DNA of 41,948 bases from a virus. Taxonomy: Duplodnaviria; Caudoviricetes. The notes under the pieces were generated by a model. The model was not told where the DNA came from. It saw only the letters and a program-made list of their open reading frames with translations, and ran no database searches. Shown in pieces: positions 26,615 to 35,708 of this stretch. Every line of letters starts with the position of its first letter. Position 1 is the first letter of the stretch. The stretch is taken from positions 1 to 41,948 of IMG/VR virus record IMGVR_UViG_3300032320_000899, one strand, 5' to 3'. Both the position numbers and the translations under genes were made by a program.

Positions 26615-27639
26615 TATAACTCCGCACTAACTGTCCAATGTCCGTACACGCGAGCCAAAGCATTGTTAGCTCCAGATTGCACGTAAGGCGTTGCTGATGT
26701 TTCTCCAGGACCTAATGTTCCTGTAATGGCTACGCCAGGTGTTACAGAGCCAGCCCTTAAAATGTCAAACGTTCCTGCAGCTCCAGTTGAAGGGCTATAG
26801 CCAGTAAGCGTGTAGGTGGATGTTCTTTTTGGAACCTTAAAATTAATTGTTATTCCAATAAATCCATCTGCTTGAGTTGTACCCCAAACATAAGCTACTC
26901 CTAAGTCATTGGACGCTGTTCCAGGCGCGACTGCCTGATTGTATGATTTTTCGTAATATCTCTGACACAGTGATAATTCCGTACCAATAGGACGTTGTTC
27001 AAATGGAGTAACCGTTGAGCCTTCTTCAAGTTGGACACCAGTAATCTCAAAATGGTCTGCAGCACCTGCAGTTCCAACTGGGGTGTACAAAAATTGCACA
27101 CCAACTTGAGTTGCAGAACCTGAGATGTTTCCAGTAATAAAGAATCGTTGCCATGAAGTTGTTAAAGTTACATTTGTAGGAGAAACTTGAGTATACCCAG
27201 TAAATCCACCTCTAAAATTTTGGTCGGTTCCCGTTCCGTATGTAATTGAAGTATTTAAAATAGACGAAGCTGAAGAAAAATTAGCCCCTGCTCTAGCCCA
27301 AAAAGATAAAGTAACAGTTTTCCCGTTAAACCTTGTAGAATTTACACTTTCAAGTGCTTGGCAAAATACCATATTTGCAGTTGAAGTATTTCCAGCATCA
27401 CGTTGTACACGAGCAGCGTAGTTAAATCCTGTTGGTCCTGATGGGCGATAAACGGACATTCCTGCGGCATATCCTGACCTAAACGATTCCCATCTATCTG
27501 CCGTGTACGCTTGGGTAGAAGTTGGGACAATTCCACTAGTGCCACGTTGCCAAATATCCATACCACCATTAATAATGGCATTACGAAAACCAGTAGGAAC
27601 GCCTGGGCCAATGTTGGCTAAGTCTCTTGCTCTAGTCAT
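26614..27639 (-). CDS. Fibre protein, paralog of 25514-26614
   Basis: FRNAIINGGMDIWQRG..YTADRW...ITGVQLEEGSTVTPFEQRPIGTELSLCQRYY. Confidence 0.8.
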   Translation of the reverse strand: MTRARDLANIGPGVPTGFRNAIINGGMDIWQRGTSGIVPTSTQAYTADRWESFRSGYAAGMSVYRPSGPTGFNYAARVQRDAGNTSTANMVFCQALESVNSTRFNGKTVTLSFWARAGANFSSASSILNTSITYGTGTDQNFRGGFTGYTQVSPTNVTLTTSWQRFFITGNISGSATQVGVQFLYTPVGTAGAADHFEITGVQLEEGSTVTPFEQRPIGTELSLCQRYYEKSYNQAVAPGTASNDLGVAYVWGTTQADGFIGITINFKVPKRTSTYTLTGYSPSTGAAGTFDILRAGSVTPGVAITGTLGPGETSATPYVQSGANNALARVYGHWTVSAEL

Positions 27640-27645
27640 TGTCTA

Positions 27646-27664
27646 CTCCTGTTCTACTTGTCAT
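27646..27664 (-). repeat. Junction repeat copy 3 (diverged); start of stub ORF MTSRTGVDND* (27632-27664)
   Basis: ATGACAAGTAGAACAGGAG; AGGAG is the RBS of the ATG at 27639; same 25-nt offset as copy 2. Confidence 0.7.
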
Positions 27665-27669
27665 TGTTA

Positions 27670-28578
27670 TTAACCATATGCAATTACAGAACTGCTTGCT
27701 GCTCCAGCACCAACACCATTTATGTCATATGCTCTAACGTAAGTATAATAATACTGTTGTATTACAATGTATTGAAATGAATTGTTGTTGGGAGGGTACA
27801 AAGGTTCACCATAGAATGCCCAATTTGCATTATCACCACTAGCTTGGACTTGAGTTGAAGTAACCGCACTTCCATTGTTACTACCATGAGAAATATTCAA
27901 TGTATAAAAATTGTAATATATACCATTAGAATTACCTTCTTCGTCTTGACCTAACTCTGTAAAGTTATAAGTAAGACTAATACTTGGAGCATTAGGAACT
28001 GCAGCAGAAGTAGTTGCACTTGCAGATGCAGTCGCACCAGCACCAGCAGAGTTATTAGCAAGAACTGTGTATGAGTATCCTGTTGCTGGAGATAATCCAG
28101 TATCAGTAAATGAAGTTCCTCCGCCACTGTAAATGGTTGTAGCACCACGTTTAAGTGTGTAACTTGTTACTGCAGCACCACCGTTGCTAGACGGTGCACC
28201 CCAACTTAGGTTAATAGAACTAGAACTTGCAGCACTAGCAGAGAACGATGTAGGTGCAGAAGGAACGGTTGCAAGAGTCGTTGTACTAACCGCAGCAGTT
28301 GGTCCATCTCCAGCCGAGTTAGTTGCTAAAACTGTGTATGAATAACCTGTGCCAGCAGACAGACCAGTATCACTAAAAGATGTTCCTGCTCCTGTATAGA
28401 TAGTTGTAGCCCCACGCTTTAGCGTGTAGCTAGTAATAGCCCCACCACCATTGTTAGATGGAGCGGACCAGCTTAAAGACACGGATGTAGTGCTCGGGGT
28501 AGCAGAAAAAGATGTGGGAGCACTCGGAGCAACAACTGCTACTATTCCACTACCCGCTACTACACCTGCAAGAATCAT
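27670..28578 (-). CDS. FN3-repeat fibre tip protein (likely start MILAGVVAGS)
   Basis: Two near-identical FN3 units (SLSWSAPSNNGG..ITSYTLKRGATTIY...YSYTVLA.N) plus a divergent third; TAATG-coupled. Confidence 0.8.
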   Translation of the reverse strand: MILAGVVAGSGIVAVVAPSAPTSFSATPSTTSVSLSWSAPSNNGGGAITSYTLKRGATTIYTGAGTSFSDTGLSAGTGYSYTVLATNSAGDGPTAAVSTTTLATVPSAPTSFSASAASSSSINLSWGAPSSNGGAAVTSYTLKRGATTIYSGGGTSFTDTGLSPATGYSYTVLANNSAGAGATASASATTSAAVPNAPSISLTYNFTELGQDEEGNSNGIYYNFYTLNISHGSNNGSAVTSTQVQASGDNANWAFYGEPLYPPNNNSFQYIVIQQYYYTYVRAYDINGVGAGAASSSVIAYG

Positions 28579-29432
28579 TAGGTCAAGTTTCCAATCAATA
28601 CCCAAGTATCAGTAGCACGCTTGATTAAAGTTGCTGCAGCCCATTGTGCTCTGAGTGTTCGGGTAACGGCACTTGTAGGAGAGTAATAGTTAATAGTAAC
28701 TCCACCAGTAGGTGCAATAGTAGTTGTTCCAGCACCAGTTTGTATTACTGTTATTTGCGTGTTAATAGGGAAAGCAACGCTTGAGTTAAGCGGAACAGTC
28801 AAAGTATTTGCAGAGGCATTGTTCATTTCAACATACTCTCCAACATCACCAAGGACAAGTGTGTAGGTAGTACTTGTTACAGCATTAGTAACTGGATGTT
28901 GCAATGTATATCTAGAATCAGATTGTGCCTGAGTGTAGTAATCCCCATAAACCATGTTGCTGTGAGCAATAATGTCTACAACATCACTAGCGGCAAATGC
29001 AGTTAAACCAGTAATAGTTGTACCCGTAGTAGCAACATAGTCTTGACCGCGAATTTGTAGTACGCCGTTAATGTGTACTAGCTCGTAACCTGGTATGTAA
29101 GAAAGAGCAGTGCTTATATCATCAACACCAGATAAAGAGGTTTCTCCACCAGACATAGTTTTACGCCAACGTAAAATGTTAGATTGAGAGTTGAATCCTG
29201 TGGAGTCTACCCATAAGTCACCCGCAACAGGTCCAGTAGGAGCGGTGTCACCAGTAAATACTCTGCCGCCAATAGCGCCGTCAGTAGCGCGAACGGTTGA
29301 GTTTACCCAAGCATCTCCGTCATGTACCTGAACAGTTTTAGTATCAGTATCAAAGAAAGTATCGCCAGCGGTTCCTGCGGGTGGAGTTGATCCAGTAAGC
29401 AGCTTGATAGCCGATAAAAATCTACGTGCCAT
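28578..29432 (-). CDS. Fibre / adaptor protein
   Basis: MARRFL N-terminus; GDLWVDS; VHINGVLQ..GQDYVATTGTTI; C-terminal LRAQWAAATLIKRATDTWVLIGNL. Confidence 0.7.
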   Translation of the reverse strand: MARRFLSAIKLLTGSTPPAGTAGDTFFDTDTKTVQVHDGDAWVNSTVRATDGAIGGRVFTGDTAPTGPVAGDLWVDSTGFNSQSNILRWRKTMSGGETSLSGVDDISTALSYIPGYELVHINGVLQIRGQDYVATTGTTITGLTAFAASDVVDIIAHSNMVYGDYYTQAQSDSRYTLQHPVTNAVTSTTYTLVLGDVGEYVEMNNASANTLTVPLNSSVAFPINTQITVIQTGAGTTTIAPTGGVTINYYSPTSAVTRTLRAQWAAATLIKRATDTWVLIGNLT

Positions 29433-29455
29433 AGTTAAACTCCTCGGTAACTAGT

Positions 29456-31498
29456 TTACCCTACAATTACGTAAGTGAAGTTAGTTGCCGTAGCACTGGT
29501 AGCAGATACTGTGTAAATTGTGGTTCCACCAGATGCGGATGTGTTTTGAACATCCATGTCAATTAAGAAACCAGAGCCATCAAATGATTGGGCGGTAACC
29601 CAAGTTCCAAGGCCGTGATTAATTGATGCAACAGTTGTGGATGAAAAGTCTAGGTTACCAGTTCTCTTTTGAGCGCCACCAAGAGCGGCAATTGCCAAAG
29701 CCCCAGTTGTAGCGCCAGTACCACCTTGGGCAATAGATAGTGCTGTGGTTAAACCGCCAAGGCTAGTAATGTCAGTATTAGCGCCAGATTTTGCGGCCTC
29801 TAAAGATGCACGAGCTAATGGGGCTGTAGTGGCATTAGTACCACCATTAGCAACCGCAACTACTCCAGTAACATTTGCGGCATTGCCCGTAATATTTCCA
29901 GAGATTACAGAGCCCGCAATTGAGTTAGTAGCAGTAACAGCAGTAGTTCCACCACCAACAAGGAAATGTCCCAAAGTAAATGAGGTTGCTCCAGTACCAC
30001 CTTGAGCCACAGTAAGTGCGGTAGTAAGTCCACTAAGGCTAGTGATGTCGCTGTTAGCTCCCAAAGCTGCTGCAGACAATGCTGTGCGAGCAAGTGGGGC
30101 TGTAGTAGCACTTGTTCCACCTTGAGCAATAGACAAAGCAGTAGTTAATCCGCCAAGACTTGTGATGTCTGTATTAGCACCAGACTTAGCAGCAGATAAC
30201 GCAGTACGAGCAAGAGAATCTGTTGTTGCTCCAGTTCCACCATTAGCAAGGGCTACTACGCCAGTTACGTTAGCCGCATTACCTGTGATGTTTCCAGAAA
30301 CTACAGAACCAGCAAGCGCAGAAATAGTTACCGCGCCAGTTGTAGCAACAGTAAATTGTGCGCTTGGAAATGAGGCAACGCCTACAGCAGATGTAGAAGC
30401 AGGTGCTACAGAAATAATGTTATTAATAAGGTTAATTGGAAGTTCTGCTGTAAGAGTTCCGCCACCAGAGAACTGGGTCCACTTAACAGGGTCAGTGCCA
30501 ATCTTAATAGCGTTTGTTGGAGTACCTGTTCCAGGCGAGTTCATTACAAAACTTTGTCCAGCGTGTGCTGTACCACCTATAACAAAGACAATATCGCCAG
30601 AAGTAAATTCGCCTGCTGGACTATTGTCCATGTCAGTTGCGCGAGTTAATTTCCAAGGGGTTGAGCCAGAGCCAATATCACCAGCAGAGGCAATGTAGTA
30701 CACACCGTTAGCAAGAGAGTTGATACCTGCATCAGCAGTAACACCATCTTTAACAAGAACACGAGAACCAGTAGTAAAAGATACTGGGCTACTTGTAGTG
30801 CTAACAGCATCAATGCTAATAAAACCATTAGAGGATGCTTGAATGTACGCTCCAATACCCGTACCACCAGAAAGGTCAGCAGAACCAGCTGTATAAGTAG
30901 CAGCAAGCGTTCCAGTGGTAGCAGCTTCTACAGCATCATGGGGATTAAGACCTGCAGAGATGTTATCTACGTATGCTTTGTTAACTACGTCAAGGGCGTT
31001 TGAAGGCGCTGTAGCGCGGATAGTAAATCCAGAACCGCTGAAATCAACGTTAGCGCTTAGAGAGTTGCTAAGGTCGCTTAACTTAATTGCTGAGTGGTCT
31101 GCTCCAGCATGGCGGTGAACGTGGTCAGAACGAGAGTAGGTCTCTGCAGAACCAGTTGTGGCTGTAGCTCCAAGGTCAGCAGGTGCAGAAGCGCCAAACT
31201 CATCACTTTGCGCCCAAACAGTTCCATTTGAGTAGTAGATGTGCTTGTTATCTGTGGCGTAAAAGAACGTACCTACGTTACCTGCGCCTGCTGCAGGGCG
31301 AGCAGAAAGCAATCCAGCAGACATACCGCCAGCGCTAACCCAACCTGTGCCATTGTAGAAGTACAGCGCATTAGCCGTGCTGTCGTAGTAAACCTGACCA
31401 GCAACAGGGGACGCAGGAGAGCCAGACAAGTTTTGAATACGGGCATTTTGAAGCTCGTTCTTACCCAGGTCTATGGGGGTTAAAAATTTACGTGCCAT
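29456..31498 (-). CDS. Long fibre protein with internal repeats
   Basis: [17 protein letters not shown]; DVVNKAYVD; repeated GGTGATT..AR..L.AA.SGAN.DITSL.GLTTALS.AQ. Confidence 0.8.
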   Translation of the reverse strand: MARKFLTPIDLGKNELQNARIQNLSGSPASPVAGQVYYDSTANALYFYNGTGWVSAGGMSAGLLSARPAAGAGNVGTFFYATDNKHIYYSNGTVWAQSDEFGASAPADLGATATTGSAETYSRSDHVHRHAGADHSAIKLSDLSNSLSANVDFSGSGFTIRATAPSNALDVVNKAYVDNISAGLNPHDAVEAATTGTLAATYTAGSADLSGGTGIGAYIQASSNGFISIDAVSTTSSPVSFTTGSRVLVKDGVTADAGINSLANGVYYIASAGDIGSGSTPWKLTRATDMDNSPAGEFTSGDIVFVIGGTAHAGQSFVMNSPGTGTPTNAIKIGTDPVKWTQFSGGGTLTAELPINLINNIISVAPASTSAVGVASFPSAQFTVATTGAVTISALAGSVVSGNITGNAANVTGVVALANGGTGATTDSLARTALSAAKSGANTDITSLGGLTTALSIAQGGTSATTAPLARTALSAAALGANSDITSLSGLTTALTVAQGGTGATSFTLGHFLVGGGTTAVTATNSIAGSVISGNITGNAANVTGVVAVANGGTNATTAPLARASLEAAKSGANTDITSLGGLTTALSIAQGGTGATTGALAIAALGGAQKRTGNLDFSSTTVASINHGLGTWVTAQSFDGSGFLIDMDVQNTSASGGTTIYTVSATSATATNFTYVIVG
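29700..30310 (-). repeat. Intragenic fibre-shaft repeats (approximate limits)
   Basis: [21 protein letters not shown] twice and GAN.DITSL.GLTTAL..AQGGT three times. Confidence 0.8.
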
Positions 31499-31507
31499 TT
31501 ACATCTC

Positions 31508-31864
31508 CTACGATAGGTACGCTACGCCGCTAAAGGCGCCACTAAAAGTAATAGTTAAGTTATTAATGTCAGTCCAAACGGCATTGCCTTCTACCTGAGA
31601 GCCAGCAGAATCAACAACAGAAATATTTGGCCGATAACCAAGACCGTGAGCAATAGTCCAAGTGCTAGCTGGGGAAGCTTGGGTAAACGTAAAGAATCCG
31701 CCAGAGGCTCCTGGGGCTCCATTGGCTCCCGCAGGACCTTGTGGGCCTTGTGGACCAGTAGTAGCGGCATTAATGTCTACAACAGTGTTGGCGCTAGTAC
31801 TACCTACTGGAGGACTTACAATAACGGTATTAACAGGAATTGGGGTAACAATTACATCAGACAT
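31508..31864 (-). CDS. Short collagen-like fibre protein (likely start MSDVIV)
   Basis: GPQGPQGPAGANGAPGASG Gly-X-Y run, then FTQASPASTWTIAHGLGYRPNISVVDSAG. Confidence 0.75.
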   Translation of the reverse strand: MSDVIVTPIPVNTVIVSPPVGSTSANTVVDINAATTGPQGPQGPAGANGAPGASGGFFTFTQASPASTWTIAHGLGYRPNISVVDSAGSQVEGNAVWTDINNLTITFSGAFSGVAYLS

Positions 31865-33128
31865 TGTAGTCCTCCGTAACCGCACGGTTAGCAAACACTA
31901 AACCTCTTACGTACGTCTGATTAAACGTACCAGCGGCGTTATAAACTTGTACATCCCAGAAAGACTTAAGCGGTAGGTCTTGAGTTTGGTCTGAAGTTAA
32001 ACTTAGGGTGACCACTCCAGTAGTTGCGGAAACAGTAGTAACGGTAAACTCTGCAGCAAGCACTGGGGATTCTGGGTAAGTTCGAGCTTGAGCCTTAACA
32101 AGGTAGCCCGTAAGATCAAGTGGGAAATCAAAGTTAGTGCTCCAAGTATCACCTTGAGTAAGCACAATGTCGTAAACGCCAACGTTGCTTGGTAGCGGTG
32201 TACGACCCTTTAGGTTGTTTTCCATGTAAACACGTTCTGGTTTAGTTCTATCGTCTATTTCTTGAGGCATGTAAATAGGCACTAACTTGTTAGTAGTGCG
32301 AGAAATACGGCGAAGAATACCTATTTCAATACGCCATAGACCAACGTTAAGTGCGGCGCAAAGCTCTCGATACTGTTCTTTACGACCATTAATAATGGTA
32401 GATAACTGAGCAAAGCGTTGCGCACGAGGGATCATAACCCCATCAGGAGCAGTAATGTTAATGTCAAAGGCAGCATCTGTAGCAAGCGCCCATAAAGCCT
32501 CCACAGTAGCCAATATAGCCACAGGGTACTCTTCTACGGGCGGAATAGAGGATATGGTTATATTACTACCATAAGCGTCTGTACGGTTGTCTGTGTGCTG
32601 CAGAACGGCTGTATTGAGGAACGTAGTAAGTTCAGCGCTGGTAAAGTATCGGTAATGTACCCCTGTGACCACAATTGCAGCCCCACTTTTTGGCGTTTGG
32701 GTAAATGTAACAGTTCCAGAGACCGTACCAGTGTTAGTAACAGAAACATTAACAGTGTTGGTACCAGTGATAGAAGACACCATAGCGGTTGGGGCAATGC
32801 CTGTGCCCGTTATTGACATACCTACGACAATCCCAGTTGTAGCAGAAACGGTAAAACTTGATGTTCCGTTTCCACCGCCAGAGCCAGTTTTAGTTGTTGA
32901 GGCTGAGTTGAAATGAAGCATTCCCAGGCGTTCTTCAACAGTAAAGTTTGCAGGATTAGCTTGAGCTACGCCGTTTACAGTAACCACAAGATAAGTGGAA
33001 TCTACGGGTTTGACGTCTAAATAAAAATCTTTAGTGGAGCCATCACCAGTTAAATTAGTGGTGAATTGAGTTGCGTTATCCCCAAGCTCTAGGCGAACTT
33101 TAGCCAATAGGTCAGAAAGGACTGCCAC
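31857..33128 (-). CDS. Head-tail adaptor with inserted beta domains and a C-terminal BppU-like domain
   Basis: VRLELGD N-terminus, YRYFTSAEL, ALWALATDAAFDI; C-terminal QGDTWS..F..PLDLTGY..KAQAR...VVTLSLTS.QT..L...WDVQ. Confidence 0.65.
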   Translation of the reverse strand: MAVLSDLLAKVRLELGDNATQFTTNLTGDGSTKDFYLDVKPVDSTYLVVTVNGVAQANPANFTVEERLGMLHFNSASTTKTGSGGGNGTSSFTVSATTGIVVGMSITGTGIAPTAMVSSITGTNTVNVSVTNTGTVSGTVTFTQTPKSGAAIVVTGVHYRYFTSAELTTFLNTAVLQHTDNRTDAYGSNITISSIPPVEEYPVAILATVEALWALATDAAFDINITAPDGVMIPRAQRFAQLSTIINGRKEQYRELCAALNVGLWRIEIGILRRISRTTNKLVPIYMPQEIDDRTKPERVYMENNLKGRTPLPSNVGVYDIVLTQGDTWSTNFDFPLDLTGYLVKAQARTYPESPVLAAEFTVTTVSATTGVVTLSLTSDQTQDLPLKSFWDVQVYNAAGTFNQTYVRGLVFANRAVTEDYNV

Positions 33129-33160
33129 AAACGCTCCCTTGGTAGTTTACACTCTAATAA

Positions 33161-33195
33161 ATAATGCCCTATTTTATAGGCAATTACTGCCTAAA
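33161..33195 (-). promoter_or_regulatory. Putative late promoter TTTA-N25-CATTAT
   Basis: Shared fixed-spacing motif; the TTTA lies in the upstream terminator U-tract. Confidence 0.5.
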
Positions 33196-33222
33196 ACAGA
33201 AATAGCGGGCCGCAGCCCGCTA
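33193..33222 (-). terminator. Rho-independent terminator
   Basis: TAGCGGGC-TGCG-GCCCGCTA then TTTCTGTTTT. Confidence 0.75.
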
Positions 33223-33235
33223 CCTCCGACACTTG

Positions 33236-33607
33236 CTAGATAACTCCAGCTAAGTAACCTTTTTCTTCAAGGTGACGAGCCAAGTCTCGTTGAACTTGGT
33301 ACTTCTGACCTGCTACGAACGTGAACATATTTCCCGCTCCAAAAGTCATGTTTTCAATAGTTTCAACAACGCGAATGGTGACAGTATCGTCACCCTTAGC
33401 TACTACGGTTGCTTCGTCAACTACGACGGTTGCTACCTGAGTTGGCTTGGTTGCGTCAATAATTTCGGTCTCTAGCGCTACTGCTTTTTGTGCAGTTGCC
33501 ATAGCCATGTTGGCTGCAGCTTCTTGCTGTTGTTCAGCAAACTCTGCTTGTTGCTTTTCACGCTGACGACCAGTTGCGTCGGTAGGCTTTGCTTTTGCTG
33601 TTGCCAT
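33236..33607 (-). CDS. Hypothetical capsid-associated protein (likely start MATAKAKP)
   Basis: Directly after MCP; GGAG RBS before the ATG at 33607. Confidence 0.7.
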   Translation of the reverse strand: MATAKAKPTDATGRQREKQQAEFAEQQQEAAANMAMATAQKAVALETEIIDATKPTQVATVVVDEATVVAKGDDTVTIRVVETIENMTFGAGNMFTFVAGQKYQVQRDLARHLEEKGYLAGVI

Positions 33608-33636
33608 GATTGTTTTCTCCAATGTTAGTGTCTGTT

Positions 33637-33669
33637 AAAAGAATGAGGGGGGCCCGAAGGCCCCCCTCA
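33637..33669 (-). terminator. Rho-independent terminator after the major capsid gene
   Basis: TGAGGGGGGCC-TTCG-GGCCCCCCTCA (cUUCGg loop) then TTCTTTT. Confidence 0.9.
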
Positions 33670-33679
33670 AGGGGTCTTA

Positions 33680-34750
33680 CTAGTTGGTTTCTGCAACTAC
33701 GATTGCCTGATCGGTGATAAGGCCCAATCCGAAGATTGAGTACCATGCTAATGCATGCTCACGACCGAAGTCCAGGATACCACCATCACGAAGTTCAACT
33801 GGAAGTGAGATAGCATGACCAAAAGCGTTGTCTCCAATGAAGATAGCGCTGTAGCGGTCAGCTGAACCGTTGCCAGTGAATGTGTTAGGGGTTGTGTAGC
33901 CACCACCAGCAGAAACAACAGGAGTTGAAACTGCAGTGTCAGCGGTGTAGGAAGTGCCTGCACCACCTGGAACCTTGAGAACCTGTGTGGTTTCAATGAA
34001 CACGGTGTCAAACAAACGACCGATTTCACCAAGCATGAAGTTACCAGGAGCGGCATACTTCGATACTTCAATGAATTCAGCGTTGTCACGAAGAGCACGG
34101 CTCTGGTGAGGGTGTACGAATGCAACGTAAGTTTCGCCCAATCTTGGGATATTCTTGGTTGCTAGGGTCTCAACTGCGTCCTTAACGGTTGCGGTTGTTA
34201 GGGAGAAGTTACCAGTCATTGTTGCGCGGCTGGAACCCTTAGTACCCTTGTCGTACCAGTTGTTAACTGCCTGTAGGCCAGTACGGTCGTAACCGTAGAT
34301 TACCGAGGTAGCACCGTAAAGTGTATCGCGGGAAATCTGGTCTAGGTAGATTGCCATGTTGCGACCTAGAAGACGTGAGGCAGAGGCCATTACGTCATCA
34401 AAAGAAGCATTAAGCAGAAGTTCAGATACAGCAAGTGCATAGCCATGCTCTGAAACGGTGATGCTGAACTGCTGTGCAGTCAAAGCATTTGTGGTCATGC
34501 GAACGCCTTCAACCAATGGCTGTGCAAAGCCAAGGTTGTTGTAACGCATGAAATTGATCTGAAGACCAGGTGCAACACCTAGTTCGGTCTTCTTTACTGC
34601 AAACTGCTCAAAGCGTAGAATCGGCATAGCCTGGAAGAGGATTTCCTTCGACCAGATTTGCTGGATTGCTTGAGTCAGTTGGCTGTTTGTGCCTGAATAG
34701 GCTGTTGGGGATGCGGCGAGGTTGCCTGTTCCCGTTAGTGCGCTAGCCAC
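33680..34750 (-). CDS. Major capsid protein (HK97 fold, N4 gp56-like family)
   Basis: LRFEQFA, PLVEGV, YVAFVHPHQSRALRD, GEIGRLFDTVFIET, DFGREHALAWY; follows scaffold; strong RBS and terminator. Confidence 0.92.
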   Translation of the reverse strand: MASALTGTGNLAASPTAYSGTNSQLTQAIQQIWSKEILFQAMPILRFEQFAVKKTELGVAPGLQINFMRYNNLGFAQPLVEGVRMTTNALTAQQFSITVSEHGYALAVSELLLNASFDDVMASASRLLGRNMAIYLDQISRDTLYGATSVIYGYDRTGLQAVNNWYDKGTKGSSRATMTGNFSLTTATVKDAVETLATKNIPRLGETYVAFVHPHQSRALRDNAEFIEVSKYAAPGNFMLGEIGRLFDTVFIETTQVLKVPGGAGTSYTADTAVSTPVVSAGGGYTTPNTFTGNGSADRYSAIFIGDNAFGHAISLPVELRDGGILDFGREHALAWYSIFGLGLITDQAIVVAETN

Positions 34751-34792
34751 GAATGGACTCCTTGTTTGTTGTTTATGGGTTTATGGGTGGTA

Positions 34793-35584
34793 TTAACCGA
34801 ACAAGCCCTTTGACCGACCTTGAGCTTCTGGGCTCAATAGTTGGCTTCTGTATTTTGCGTAATCATTCAACGACATGGATGAAATATCTTCAGCCGTAAA
34901 CTGTCTAGTGCCCGTATTGACGTCCATAGGTCCAGCATCTGGGGGCGTGGTTACCCTCGTCCCAGTCATATCCCTGCGAGCAGCCTGCATTGCTTGCTGT
35001 GCTGATTCAAGGATACGGGACGAGCGGTCTTTTAGTCCCGCGATACTTTGTTCAATTTCTTCTTGCGTGTTGCCGTCAATCAAATCTACAAGTTCAGGAA
35101 TAATGTTATCCCGCTCTTGTTCGACGCGTTGATTGCGGTAGTTAGTTAACTCTGTGAATGCTCTTTCACGATCCAGAAGAGCAAAAGCTCGTTCGCGCTC
35201 TTGGCGCTCACGGTCCAGCTGCTCCATTAGTTCTTGTTCCTTAACCTTTAAAAGGTCACGGACTTCAAGTTCTTCCTCAGCTTTTAGCTTCTTTTCAGCA
35301 GCCTTTGCATCCGCTTCAGCTTGCTTTGCAGCAAGTTCTGCTTCACGATCGCGCTTAATAAGATCAAGTTCTTCCTTGAGCTTATCAATCTGAGGATATA
35401 GTTTTTCTTTTTCTTGACTTCGAACTTTAGCCAAATCTTCTTCAGTGTAGAATTTTGACCTTGTTTCTGAGGTAGCAGCGGGTGCGTCAACGCCCGTTGT
35501 TGCTGCTACTGGAGGTGCGACATTAGAAACCGCTTCCGCTTCAGCGGTAAAAGCTTCCATATCTGCATTTACAGATGTTTCCAT
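34793..35584 (-). CDS. Capsid scaffolding protein
   Basis: Acidic coiled coil with YTEEDLAKVRSQEK; C-terminal ISSMSLNDYAKYR; between portal and MCP. Confidence 0.82.
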   Translation of the reverse strand: METSVNADMEAFTAEAEAVSNVAPPVAATTGVDAPAATSETRSKFYTEEDLAKVRSQEKEKLYPQIDKLKEELDLIKRDREAELAAKQAEADAKAAEKKLKAEEELEVRDLLKVKEQELMEQLDRERQERERAFALLDRERAFTELTNYRNQRVEQERDNIIPELVDLIDGNTQEEIEQSIAGLKDRSSRILESAQQAMQAARRDMTGTRVTTPPDAGPMDVNTGTRQFTAEDISSMSLNDYAKYRSQLLSPEAQGRSKGLFG

Positions 35585-35669
35585 ACTATTTCCTTAGGTA
35601 TTCTCTGGGTCGTTATCCAAATGAGGCAAGCCCCGTATCACGTATGACCGAACAATTGTTTATATATTC

Positions 35670-35704
35670 ATTTTTGTACGAAGAACAGGGTTTGTCTTAC
35701 TAAA
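35670..35704 (-). promoter_or_regulatory. Putative late promoter GTTTA-N25-AAAAAT
   Basis: Shared fixed-spacing motif upstream of scaffold/MCP. Confidence 0.5.
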
Positions 35705-35708
35705 CCCT

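Noticed and set aside
25514-27639. Tandem paralogous fibre genes as a diversity-generating retroelement TR/VR pair
   Set aside because: Both are full coding genes, differences are not adenine-specific, and there is no reverse transcriptase in the window
24131-27664. Junction repeats as a CRISPR array or invertase sites
   Set aside because: Only three direct copies, kilobases apart, separated by genes; no cas gene, invertase or inverted orientation
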